Source of the DNA: Bacillota bacterium
GTDB lineage: Bacteria > Bacillota > Clostridia > TANB77 > CAG-465
NCBI GenBank assembly: GCA_023460515.1
Contig: JAEWPS010000038.1
Coordinates: 7,409-71,408, forward strand
DNA: 64,000 nucleotides
Direction of reading: 5' to 3'
Below the pieces are notes generated by a model. It made no database searches. It was not told where the DNA came from and worked only from the letters and a program-made list of their open reading frames with translations. Below are positions 28,554 to 38,155 of the stretch, one piece after another. The first letter of the stretch is position 1, and each line of letters opens with the position of its first letter. The position numbers and the translations under genes were made by a program.

Positions 28554-28582
28554 AGTATAACATATTATTTTTATATTGTCAA
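28554..28582 (-). promoter_or_regulatory. promoter of the nifS-nifU-mnmA operon (TTGACA-N17-TGtTATACT)
   Basis: On the minus strand: TTGACA at 28577..28582 and TATACT at 28554..28559. Confidence 0.55.
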
Positions 28583-28679
28583 TAATATTATTTAAATTTA
28601 ATTATAATATTCACTATTTAATAATCTATATTTTATATATACAATTAGTCTTTTCATTTTTATTAAAAACATTCTATAT

Positions 28680-28723
28680 AAACAAAAATATAGAATTATT
28701 TAATAAATTCTATATTTTTGTTT
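28680..28723 (-). terminator. hairpin terminator after the 103-aa gene
   Basis: Perfect 18-bp inverted repeat AAACAAAAATATAGAATT (28680..28697) / AATTCTATATTTTTGTTT (28706..28723). Confidence 0.6.
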
Positions 28724-28747
28724 ATATCACTTTCATTATAAATACCA

Positions 28748-29059
28748 TTACTTAGATATATTAGGCAAATACCATTGTTGTAAAGGTTTGTCAAGTACCC
28801 ACTCTTTTTCATTAGAATATCTTAAGTATATGACTTCTTTCCCAAGTGCTACTTTCATGTCTTCTTCAATTTTTTTCAAAAAAACTTTATCAAATTCTGT
28901 TACATGATGTAATTGTTTCAACTCTTCAGTAATATCAGCGGAAATATGTTGAGGCATTCCCATCATATCATCGTCATACTCAACAACTAAAAACACCCGC
29001 TTATCCTCTCTTCTTACAAATAAAGAATCAAGCCTTCCTGAGACAACAGTATTATTCAT
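28748..29059 (-). CDS. hypothetical small acidic protein
   Basis: ORF extends to 29089. Start moved to ATG 29059 (MNNTVVSGRLD) after AAAGGAGTG. No family recognised. Confidence 0.5.
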   Translation of the reverse strand: MNNTVVSGRLDSLFVRREDKRVFLVVEYDDDMMGMPQHISADITEELKQLHHVTEFDKVFLKKIEEDMKVALGKEVIYLRYSNEKEWVLDKPLQQWYLPNISK

Positions 29060-29260
29060 TGTATTCACTCCTTTAGTAGCATTAGCCACTTAAATTAAAT
29101 TTTAATACTCATATATTATATCATATTTTTTGTATAATTCAACCAGTAAATTGTCGAAAGTAAAAGCTAAAAATGTATAAATATAGTTTATACAGACATT
29201 TACATATTATTAAAATAAATATATGTTATCTTGTATTTTGTAAAATTTTGTTAAAAATTG

Positions 29261-29289
29261 TTGACAAAAATTTATATTTATTATAAAAT
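29261..29289 (+). promoter_or_regulatory. promoter of the 514-aa pilin-leader gene (TTGACA-N17-TAAAAT)
   Basis: TTGACA at 29261..29266 and TAAAAT at 29284..29289. TTTGTAA-like motifs recur at ~10-bp spacing at 29237..29263. Confidence 0.5.
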
Positions 29290-29349
29290 TAATTTAGTAT
29301 TTAGTATAGTTATAATGACTAATTATTAAATAAAAATAGGAGGATTTAT

Positions 29350-30894
29350 ATGAAAAGAAATGAAGGTGTTTCTTTAATTGTATTAGTAATAACTATAATA
29401 GTTATATTAATATTAGCAGGAACGGTAATATTAAATTTATCAAATAATAACCCAGTAAATGCAGCGAATGAAGCAAAATTCAAATCAAATGTAAAAACAT
29501 ATGATACGGAATTGTCTATAATTTTAACAGATAAATATTTAAAAAACAATTTATTTAATCCTAATAATTTTAATGCAGGTATATGGGATGGAACTGGTAA
29601 TGTACTCGGAACAATAAAAGAATATATAACTAGTATAACAAAAGATGATGCAAAAAAATTTGAAATACAGGCAAGTAAATTAGTATATACAGGAACAAAT
29701 GCTTTAGAGATGCAATGGGCGTCTGAAGCAGGACTATCGTCTGGTATAATTGTTTTTGATGGTTCTGTCTACAACGAAGAAGCTGAATTTTATCAATATT
29801 GCTTAAAAGCACTTGAATATAAAACAGATAGTGGAAACGATATAGATATTGATGGTTACTTTGGAAACCAATCAAAAAGTGTACTAAATAAATTTTTATT
29901 AGCAGAAGGATTTTCAAACTTTACATATGAAGCAAGAAACAAACTTGTAGAATTAGCAGAAAGCAAACCTTACCCTGCTTATAATACCGGATTTATCACT
30001 AGCCAAAATAACTTAAACCATCTATCTTTCGTATATTGTAAATTATCCAATATAGATAATAAAAGTGATCCTTTTTACTCTATTAATGTATTGAAAAATC
30101 TTCCATATATAGTTACTGCAGAACCATCTGAATTATCTTATTCATCAAAAATGGTTACAGAAGCTATAAAAAGCAACACAAAATTATTCGGATATGTAAA
30201 TTTAGGGCCAAATAATCCTACTGATGCTAAAGCATCCTGGATAATGTCAGATTTAAATGAAGTTAAATCTCAAATAGATAATATAGCAAACGCTAAATGG
30301 TATGGAGTATTTATAGATCAGTTTGGTTATGATTGGAATGAAACAAGAGCAAGACAAAATGAAATTGTAGATTATGCACATAGTAAAGGTTTATCAGTAA
30401 TGGCTAACGGTTGGTTTGTAGATGATATATTTGCTTCAATAGTAAATGATTCTAATCCTACTGGTACACCTACTCATTTAGGAGCAAATGACTGGTATTT
30501 AATTGAAAGTTTCTTTACAGATGGAACTTCTTATAGAGCAGATAGCTCATACATAGATAAATATATAAAGGCTATGCAATATCATCAAAGTACTGGAATC
30601 AAAATCACTACATTATCATATAAGGTAAGTGCAAAAAGTTGGTTAGAATCTTCTGAAGATATAAGAATATCATATATACTTGCGGAATGTTTAAATTATA
30701 ATGGATGGTGGTTTGGAAAGTCTGACACAAGTGATAATTTAACTTATGGGCACGATCCAAGTATAGATTTAGGTACTTTCACACAATATTTAACATATGT
30801 TAGTGGTACTAAATACATTGCAAAAACAACAAAATATACAATAGAATATTATGCTGATTCAACTCCTACTATAAATTTATTGCCAAATCCATAG
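29350..30894 (+). CDS. prepilin-like-leader protein with PG_binding_1-like domain and uncharacterised C-terminal domain
   Basis: 514 aa. N-terminus MKRNEG|VSLIVLVITIIVILILAGTVILNLSNN matches the leaders of the two giant proteins. Residues ~150-195 (YQYCLKALEY...IDGYFGNQSKSVLNKFLLAEGF) fit the peptidoglycan-binding PG_binding_1 pattern. The C-terminal ~280 aa (YVNLGP..., GVFIDQFGYDW, ANGWF) weakly resemble a glycosidase-like barrel. AGGAGGA SD. Confidence 0.7.
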   Translation: MKRNEGVSLIVLVITIIVILILAGTVILNLSNNNPVNAANEAKFKSNVKTYDTELSIILTDKYLKNNLFNPNNFNAGIWDGTGNVLGTIKEYITSITKDDAKKFEIQASKLVYTGTNALEMQWASEAGLSSGIIVFDGSVYNEEAEFYQYCLKALEYKTDSGNDIDIDGYFGNQSKSVLNKFLLAEGFSNFTYEARNKLVELAESKPYPAYNTGFITSQNNLNHLSFVYCKLSNIDNKSDPFYSINVLKNLPYIVTAEPSELSYSSKMVTEAIKSNTKLFGYVNLGPNNPTDAKASWIMSDLNEVKSQIDNIANAKWYGVFIDQFGYDWNETRARQNEIVDYAHSKGLSVMANGWFVDDIFASIVNDSNPTGTPTHLGANDWYLIESFFTDGTSYRADSSYIDKYIKAMQYHQSTGIKITTLSYKVSAKSWLESSEDIRISYILAECLNYNGWWFGKSDTSDNLTYGHDPSIDLGTFTQYLTYVSGTKYIAKTTKYTIEYYADSTPTINLLPNP

Positions 30895-30905
30895 AAAATA
30901 AAATT

Positions 30906-30946
30906 AAACCATCCTTAAATATGATTCATATTTAAGGATGGTTTTT
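30906..30946. terminator. bidirectional terminator between the 514-aa gene and pyrG
   Basis: 18-bp inverted repeat AACCATCCTTAAATATGA/TCATATTTAAGGATGGTT followed by TTTTT. Confidence 0.75.
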
Positions 30947-30960
30947 TATAATATTTATAA

Positions 30961-32571
<1,611 letters not shown>

Positions 32572-32591
32572 CTAACAATTAAAACTAATAC

Positions 32592-33056
32592 TTATTTTAA
32601 CTTTTTTTTCAGTCTACTTTTTGCTGTTTTTTTAACACAGCTTTTGCACTTATCACTTTCTGGATTATAACAGCATTCCAAATCACTAACATCTATTATA
32701 CTTTGTATATACGTTTCTAATTTATTTATTGTATCTTCAGAAACTGAATGTTTCATAGTTTTAGCTTCATTTTCTGCAATATCTTTATCTACTTCTAAAA
32801 CCTCTACTAAAAAAGCTTTCAAAGTATTATGCCTCTTTAATATGTTTTTAGCAATAGTCTTTCCTATTTCAGTAAGTTCAATATCTCCATAATTTTCATA
32901 TTCAATTAAACCTTCAGATTTTAAAACTTTAAGTGCTCTATTAACACTTGCTTTTGAGTAATTCAAATATTTTGCAATATCTGTTACCCTTGCAAAAGAA
33001 AATTTTTGTATTAATATATATATTGTTTTTAAATATTCTTCTAATGATGCACTCAT
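32592..33056 (-). CDS. DtxR/MntR-family metal-dependent transcriptional regulator
   Basis: 154 aa. wHTH (VTDIAKYLNYSKASVNRALKVLKSEGLI) plus a DtxR dimerisation/metal-binding helix region (RHNTLKAFL...). Confidence 0.8.
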   Translation of the reverse strand: MSASLEEYLKTIYILIQKFSFARVTDIAKYLNYSKASVNRALKVLKSEGLIEYENYGDIELTEIGKTIAKNILKRHNTLKAFLVEVLEVDKDIAENEAKTMKHSVSEDTINKLETYIQSIIDVSDLECCYNPESDKCKSCVKKTAKSRLKKKLK

Positions 33057-33122
33057 GTATTCACTCCTTTCTTTATATTTTTTGTAATATTATTTTATTT
33101 ATTTTCAACTTACATAATGAAA

Positions 33123-33815
33123 TTAAAATGCTATATATAACAAATATAACGCCATTATTAATGTCATAATTCCAAAAACTATTTTTAATATTTGTCCTAT
33201 TCTCATATATTTATTACTAACTGAAAGTTTATTTATTGCTTCTAATGAAGTTCCCGCTAGTATAATTACTGCGCAATGACCTATAGAATAAACTGCCATA
33301 AGCAAAGCACCAATTAGTATATTTCCTTGATTTGAAGTATATGTCAATATTACTGCAAGAGCTGGAGTTGAACAAGGTGAATCAAATATTCCACCTAGTA
33401 TTCCTAAAAAGAACGCTCCAAGTACTCCTTTTCTTAATTTCGGTTTATGACAATGATCTTTTTCTTTATGTTTTATAACGCCAAAAAGTTGTAAAGTTAC
33501 AAATATAAGGATACAAGCTAATATATAATACCATAGATCACCAAATATTCTAAGTCTATCTCCTATTAAAACTGAAGAAATACCAATTATAGTAAATGTA
33601 ATTACTATACCTATTGAAAAGAATATACTATATAACCATCCTTTTTTACTTGAGCAGTCTTTACACTCTGTACCAACGTACCCTATTATCAAAGGAAGTG
33701 TAGATAAACTACAAGGGCTAAATGATGATACTAGTCCAGCTATCAAAGCTATAAATATTCCTAAAAATATGTTTTGATTTAATGCTTCAGCAAAATTATT
33801 CAATACACCATCCAT
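33123..33815 (-). CDS. ccdA: cytochrome c biogenesis protein CcdA / DsbD-family thiol-disulfide transporter
   Basis: 230 aa with 6 TM helices, SFSPCSLSTLPL and a second PCSTP motif. Confidence 0.85.
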   Translation of the reverse strand: MDGVLNNFAEALNQNIFLGIFIALIAGLVSSFSPCSLSTLPLIIGYVGTECKDCSSKKGWLYSIFFSIGIVITFTIIGISSVLIGDRLRIFGDLWYYILACILIFVTLQLFGVIKHKEKDHCHKPKLRKGVLGAFFLGILGGIFDSPCSTPALAVILTYTSNQGNILIGALLMAVYSIGHCAVIILAGTSLEAINKLSVSNKYMRIGQILKIVFGIMTLIMALYLLYIAF

Positions 33816-34270
33816 TATTTATTACCCCATTTATCTATAAATTTTCTAAACTCATCTTCTGGTACATAACCTATTAGTTTATCTACTTTTGCACCTTTTT
33901 CATCTATCACAACAAATGTAGGAGTATATGCTATCCCATAAGTATAACACAATTTTGTGTTTTTTTCATCATCTACATCAATATATTCAAATTCAATCGA
34001 TGATTTATATTCTTCCTTTATTTTTTCATATATAGGATCCATTTGTCTACACGCCGAGCAAAACTCAGATCCAAAATTATATACTTTATATGTTTTTATA
34101 GTTACTTCTTCATTATGATCTAAACAATTTGGATCGCTACAATCACTTAAAGCATTTCCATTTAACTTTTTAGTAACAAATACTGCTAGAATAAGAAGTA
34201 CTATTACTCCAATTATTATATATGACCTATTGTTTTTTATTTTATCCAAAATACAAAACTCCTTTAACAT
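33815..34270 (-). CDS. membrane-anchored thioredoxin-fold thiol-disulfide oxidoreductase
   Basis: 151 aa with an N-terminal TM helix and a CSAC active site in a thioredoxin-like context (NFGSEFCSACRQMDP...TPTFVVID). Overlaps the addB stop by 7 nt. Confidence 0.8.
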   Translation of the reverse strand: MLKEFCILDKIKNNRSYIIIGVIVLLILAVFVTKKLNGNALSDCSDPNCLDHNEEVTIKTYKVYNFGSEFCSACRQMDPIYEKIKEEYKSSIEFEYIDVDDEKNTKLCYTYGIAYTPTFVVIDEKGAKVDKLIGYVPEDEFRKFIDKWGNK

Positions 34271-37200
34271 AAATTCTCTTTTCTACAAATACTACTAAAT
34301 TCACAATACTTGCAGTGATTTACTTTCTTATTTGGTTTTATACTAACATTACCAGAGAGTATATCATTACCTATATCTCTTAATATATCTGTAATATCTA
34401 AACATAATTTTTCAAATTCTTCTTTTGTCTGAAATTTACTACTTTTCTTATCGCTTGTAACTGAACCTGGAAATACATCTATTAACTTATCTGTTTCATC
34501 TATCTTATTATCCATTAGTTTTAATATTTCGATATCTTTTAAAAATATACCATCCATTCTTAAACTCTCAATAATCTTTTTAGATATTTTACTTTCATCT
34601 TTAGTATACTCTTTAATATTTATCAGTTTTTCAGATAACGTAAAATAAAGCATTCCTGCTGGAATAATTTTTTGACTATTATCTTTTTTCGAATTATTTA
34701 TAAATGAGGATAAATATGTTATTAATTGAAGAGAAATTCCTTCTTTAATATCTTCTAATTTTAATTTTTTAGTTGAAGATTTATAATCTACTATTCTAGC
34801 ATATATTGCATCACCTAATTTTAATGTGTCTATTCTATCTATTTTTCCAACTATATACATAGAACTATTACTAAGTTTTATTTCTATAGGTGCAAATAGT
34901 CCTCTATTTTTAAATTCTATTTCATAGCCAAACGGTAAAAACTTGCTTTGATTAAAACTCTGTGCTATAGTAATTATAACTTTATTCATAGTTGCTTTTA
35001 ACTTTTGTTTTAATATTAAATATTTGACATTTTCCTTATGTTTATAAAAAGTTTTATCTAGCTCATTGTTTATTTGTTCTTCTAATATTTTGTAATACTT
35101 TTCTGTATCTAATAAAATTTCATGCCAATTTATGTTATTTTCAAGTAAATATATAGAAAATTTTTCTAATACATTATGCATAAAGCTACCTGTATCCATG
35201 CTTGTTATCGAGAATATTTTTCTTTCATTTAACTTTAAACCATATTTCATAAAGTAAGAAAACGGACATTTTTTAAATAATTCTAATTTAGATACACTTG
35301 TCACAAAATCATTTTTATTTATGTCGTTCATAGTTTGTTTAGTTAAATTTTCGTTTTCTCTAATATATTTTAATATATCATCTAAATCTGAATATTGCGA
35401 TATATACTTGTACAGTAAAAGCATTTCATCAGTTATACCTTCATCTCTATTAAATAACCTAATCAATTTTTCAAATGCATTTTTTCTAGAATAAATATTT
35501 TCAATTTCACTTTCGGATATTACATTACCTGTAACCTCCACTTTTAGTAATTTTTTTAAAATTATTATTAAACTAGAAGGTCTTAAAGATTTTCCATCTA
35601 CACTAGATGAAACAAAAGAAAAATACAATTTATCTTCAACATTATTTATTAATTCATATATATTATATAATTGCATATTTAATTTAAATAAACTTGTTTC
35701 TTTAAATTTTATATTATAGCTTTCAAGATTTGTAAGTTCCATATCATTAAATAATAGATCATCATCAATCTTTTTAGGTAGTTTGTCTTCATTTACACCT
35801 ACAAAAAACATTATTTTTTTAACGCCAGATTTAGATATATTTACATCTAAAACTTGAACTTCATCTATAGTAGGTTCAATACCTTTTACTTTAATATCCT
35901 TAAGAGAATACTTTAAAAGTTTATCAAAATCTGAAATAGTTATCTTAGTATCTTCATATATTTTTGTTACTGATGAAAACACTTCACACAAATTATCCCA
36001 CATTTGATATCCAAGATTTCCGCTATATTTAATTGTAGGATCATTACTATTTTTCATCTTATCTATAACTATATTATAATTATCCAATATTTTATTTTCT
36101 AATAAATGATCATATATTTTTTCTATTATTTCTAAAGTTGTATGTTTAACAGATGTAAATTTAGATATATCTTGAAATATGTTTATTACTTGTTTTCTTA
36201 TTTCGTTTAATTTATCTAAATTGTATATAGTACCATTAGCTGAATTATTATATAAAAATTCTCTTTCAAACTTATATCTATCATTATTAAATTCTAAGAC
36301 ATAATTTTCTAAATATGATATATCTTCCATACTTATATCATTTAAACCAAATTTTAATATTTGAAAAATATTTTCTATCTTATATCCTGTTTTACATATT
36401 TCAATTAGCTTTTGTATGTATTTAATCAAAACATTGCTTTGTATATTAACTTTAGAGTCTATATATACAGGTATATTATATTCATAAAAAGTTTTACGCA
36501 CAACATATGAATATTCATCAACATTCGATGTATATATTACAAAATCCTTGTATCTATATCCTTGTCTTATTTTTTCAGATATTATATTTGCTATTTTATC
36601 TATCTCTGTATATACATTAGTAGTTAAACTTACTGATATATTATTTGCTTCTATTTTATTATTTGAAATATCCGACATAAAAATATTATTTGATAAATAT
36701 TTTATATCCTCTTTTGCATTAGAAAAATTTGAACGCATTATTTCTGTATCTATCTTCAAATTCAATTTTTTAGCGTATTTTAACAGAGTTAATAAAGTTA
36801 AATTTGCTTGTGTAAATATATTTGAAATGTCTTCCATAAGTAAATTTGAAAGTTCATTAGGACTATAGCATGTTATATCATTTTCTAATATATCTGCAAT
36901 GTTTGTGGTTATACTAAATGTAACATTAAAGTTAAGTTTTAAAAGTAATTTAATAAATTTAAATTCATGGTTTGTAAAATTATTATATGCATCAAAATAT
37001 ATACATGTATTACTAACATCTTTTCCTTCATATAGCCTTTCAAATAAATTTAAAAATATTTCTGTTTCATCTATTACATCTATAAATTTATTTTCAGTAT
37101 AATCAATATATTCTTTATATACATTTGTTATTTCTTTTAATTTATATTCTAATAACTTATCTGAAAGTTGTAAAGAATTTATTTCATCTATTTTAATATC

Positions 37201-37587
37201 TTCTTTTTTAAATATATCAATATATATATTTAAATTTTCTAAAAATCCTTCTTTGTTTTTAACTTTTTTAAACATATTAAATAAATCAGGGTTTTCAAGC
37301 ATTATTCTAGTCAAAATAAGTTTTCTATCTAGTTTAGATATAAATTTATCTTCATGATTTACATTATATTGGTTTAAGAAGTCTTTAATATATGAAGTTA
37401 TAGTGGTTACATTTAAATCTATAATACCAGGTTTATTTTGAAAGTTTATATAATTTTCCTCTCCCAAAACCCTTGTTTGAGAGGGAACAAAATATATAAC
37501 CTTTTTACCTAATAGTATATCATTATCTATCTGATCATATATATATTTTGACTTTCCTGTTTTACTCTTGCCTAGTACTAGATTCAT
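34264..37587 (-). CDS. addB: ATP-dependent helicase/deoxyribonuclease subunit B (AddB)
   Basis: 1107 aa. N-terminal Walker A GKSKTGKS, C-terminal nuclease motif (GKIDRID...IVDYKSS) and a four-Cys iron-staple (CPFSYF ... CKYCEFSSIC). Confidence 0.85.
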   Translation of the reverse strand: MNLVLGKSKTGKSKYIYDQIDNDILLGKKVIYFVPSQTRVLGEENYINFQNKPGIIDLNVTTITSYIKDFLNQYNVNHEDKFISKLDRKLILTRIMLENPDLFNMFKKVKNKEGFLENLNIYIDIFKKEDIKIDEINSLQLSDKLLEYKLKEITNVYKEYIDYTENKFIDVIDETEIFLNLFERLYEGKDVSNTCIYFDAYNNFTNHEFKFIKLLLKLNFNVTFSITTNIADILENDITCYSPNELSNLLMEDISNIFTQANLTLLTLLKYAKKLNLKIDTEIMRSNFSNAKEDIKYLSNNIFMSDISNNKIEANNISVSLTTNVYTEIDKIANIISEKIRQGYRYKDFVIYTSNVDEYSYVVRKTFYEYNIPVYIDSKVNIQSNVLIKYIQKLIEICKTGYKIENIFQILKFGLNDISMEDISYLENYVLEFNNDRYKFEREFLYNNSANGTIYNLDKLNEIRKQVINIFQDISKFTSVKHTTLEIIEKIYDHLLENKILDNYNIVIDKMKNSNDPTIKYSGNLGYQMWDNLCEVFSSVTKIYEDTKITISDFDKLLKYSLKDIKVKGIEPTIDEVQVLDVNISKSGVKKIMFFVGVNEDKLPKKIDDDLLFNDMELTNLESYNIKFKETSLFKLNMQLYNIYELINNVEDKLYFSFVSSSVDGKSLRPSSLIIILKKLLKVEVTGNVISESEIENIYSRKNAFEKLIRLFNRDEGITDEMLLLYKYISQYSDLDDILKYIRENENLTKQTMNDINKNDFVTSVSKLELFKKCPFSYFMKYGLKLNERKIFSITSMDTGSFMHNVLEKFSIYLLENNINWHEILLDTEKYYKILEEQINNELDKTFYKHKENVKYLILKQKLKATMNKVIITIAQSFNQSKFLPFGYEIEFKNRGLFAPIEIKLSNSSMYIVGKIDRIDTLKLGDAIYARIVDYKSSTKKLKLEDIKEGISLQLITYLSSFINNSKKDNSQKIIPAGMLYFTLSEKLINIKEYTKDESKISKKIIESLRMDGIFLKDIEILKLMDNKIDETDKLIDVFPGSVTSDKKSSKFQTKEEFEKLCLDITDILRDIGNDILSGNVSIKPNKKVNHCKYCEFSSICRKENLC

Positions 37588-37597
37588 TACTTCACCT

Positions 37598-38143
37598 TCA
37601 ATTCTCTATATCATTTATCATCATTTGTTCATCTTTAATTTTTATATCTTCATAATTTGGAAGTTCTGATATATTCTTTATATTACAGTTTTTCAAAAAC
37701 TCTTTTGTAACTGAATATATAGCTGGTCTACCAGGAGCATTAAGTCTTGCAACTTCTTCAATTAAACCGCATTCTAACAATCTACCTACTGCAAAGTCAC
37801 TACTTACTCCTCTTATTCTTTCTATTTCTGCCTTTGTTATTTTAGAGTTATATGCAATTATTGTTAGCGTTTCCATCGCAGATGAAGATAAATTTTGCCT
37901 TTTAGTATTTTCGATGAATAAATTAACATACTCATAATATTTTTTATTTGTTACAAGTTGCACACTATCTTCAATCACATATAAAACTATAGCATTTGAT
38001 TCGTTATACTTTTGCTTTAAATTTTCTACTCCACTATTTATTTCATTCAAATCTACTTTTAAAGTTTGAGATAATTCATCTAAAGTAATACTTCTTCCTA
38101 AAGCAAATAAAACTGCTTCTATAATATTTTCTATATTTTCCAT
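37598..38143 (-). CDS. scpB: segregation and condensation protein B
   Basis: 181 aa, ...IIEAVLFALGRSITLDELS... and ...EIERIRGVSSDFAVGRLLECGLIEEVARLNAPGRPAIYSVT. Confidence 0.9.
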   Translation of the reverse strand: MENIENIIEAVLFALGRSITLDELSQTLKVDLNEINSGVENLKQKYNESNAIVLYVIEDSVQLVTNKKYYEYVNLFIENTKRQNLSSSAMETLTIIAYNSKITKAEIERIRGVSSDFAVGRLLECGLIEEVARLNAPGRPAIYSVTKEFLKNCNIKNISELPNYEDIKIKDEQMMINDIEN

Positions 38144-38155
38144 TTAAATTTCCCC

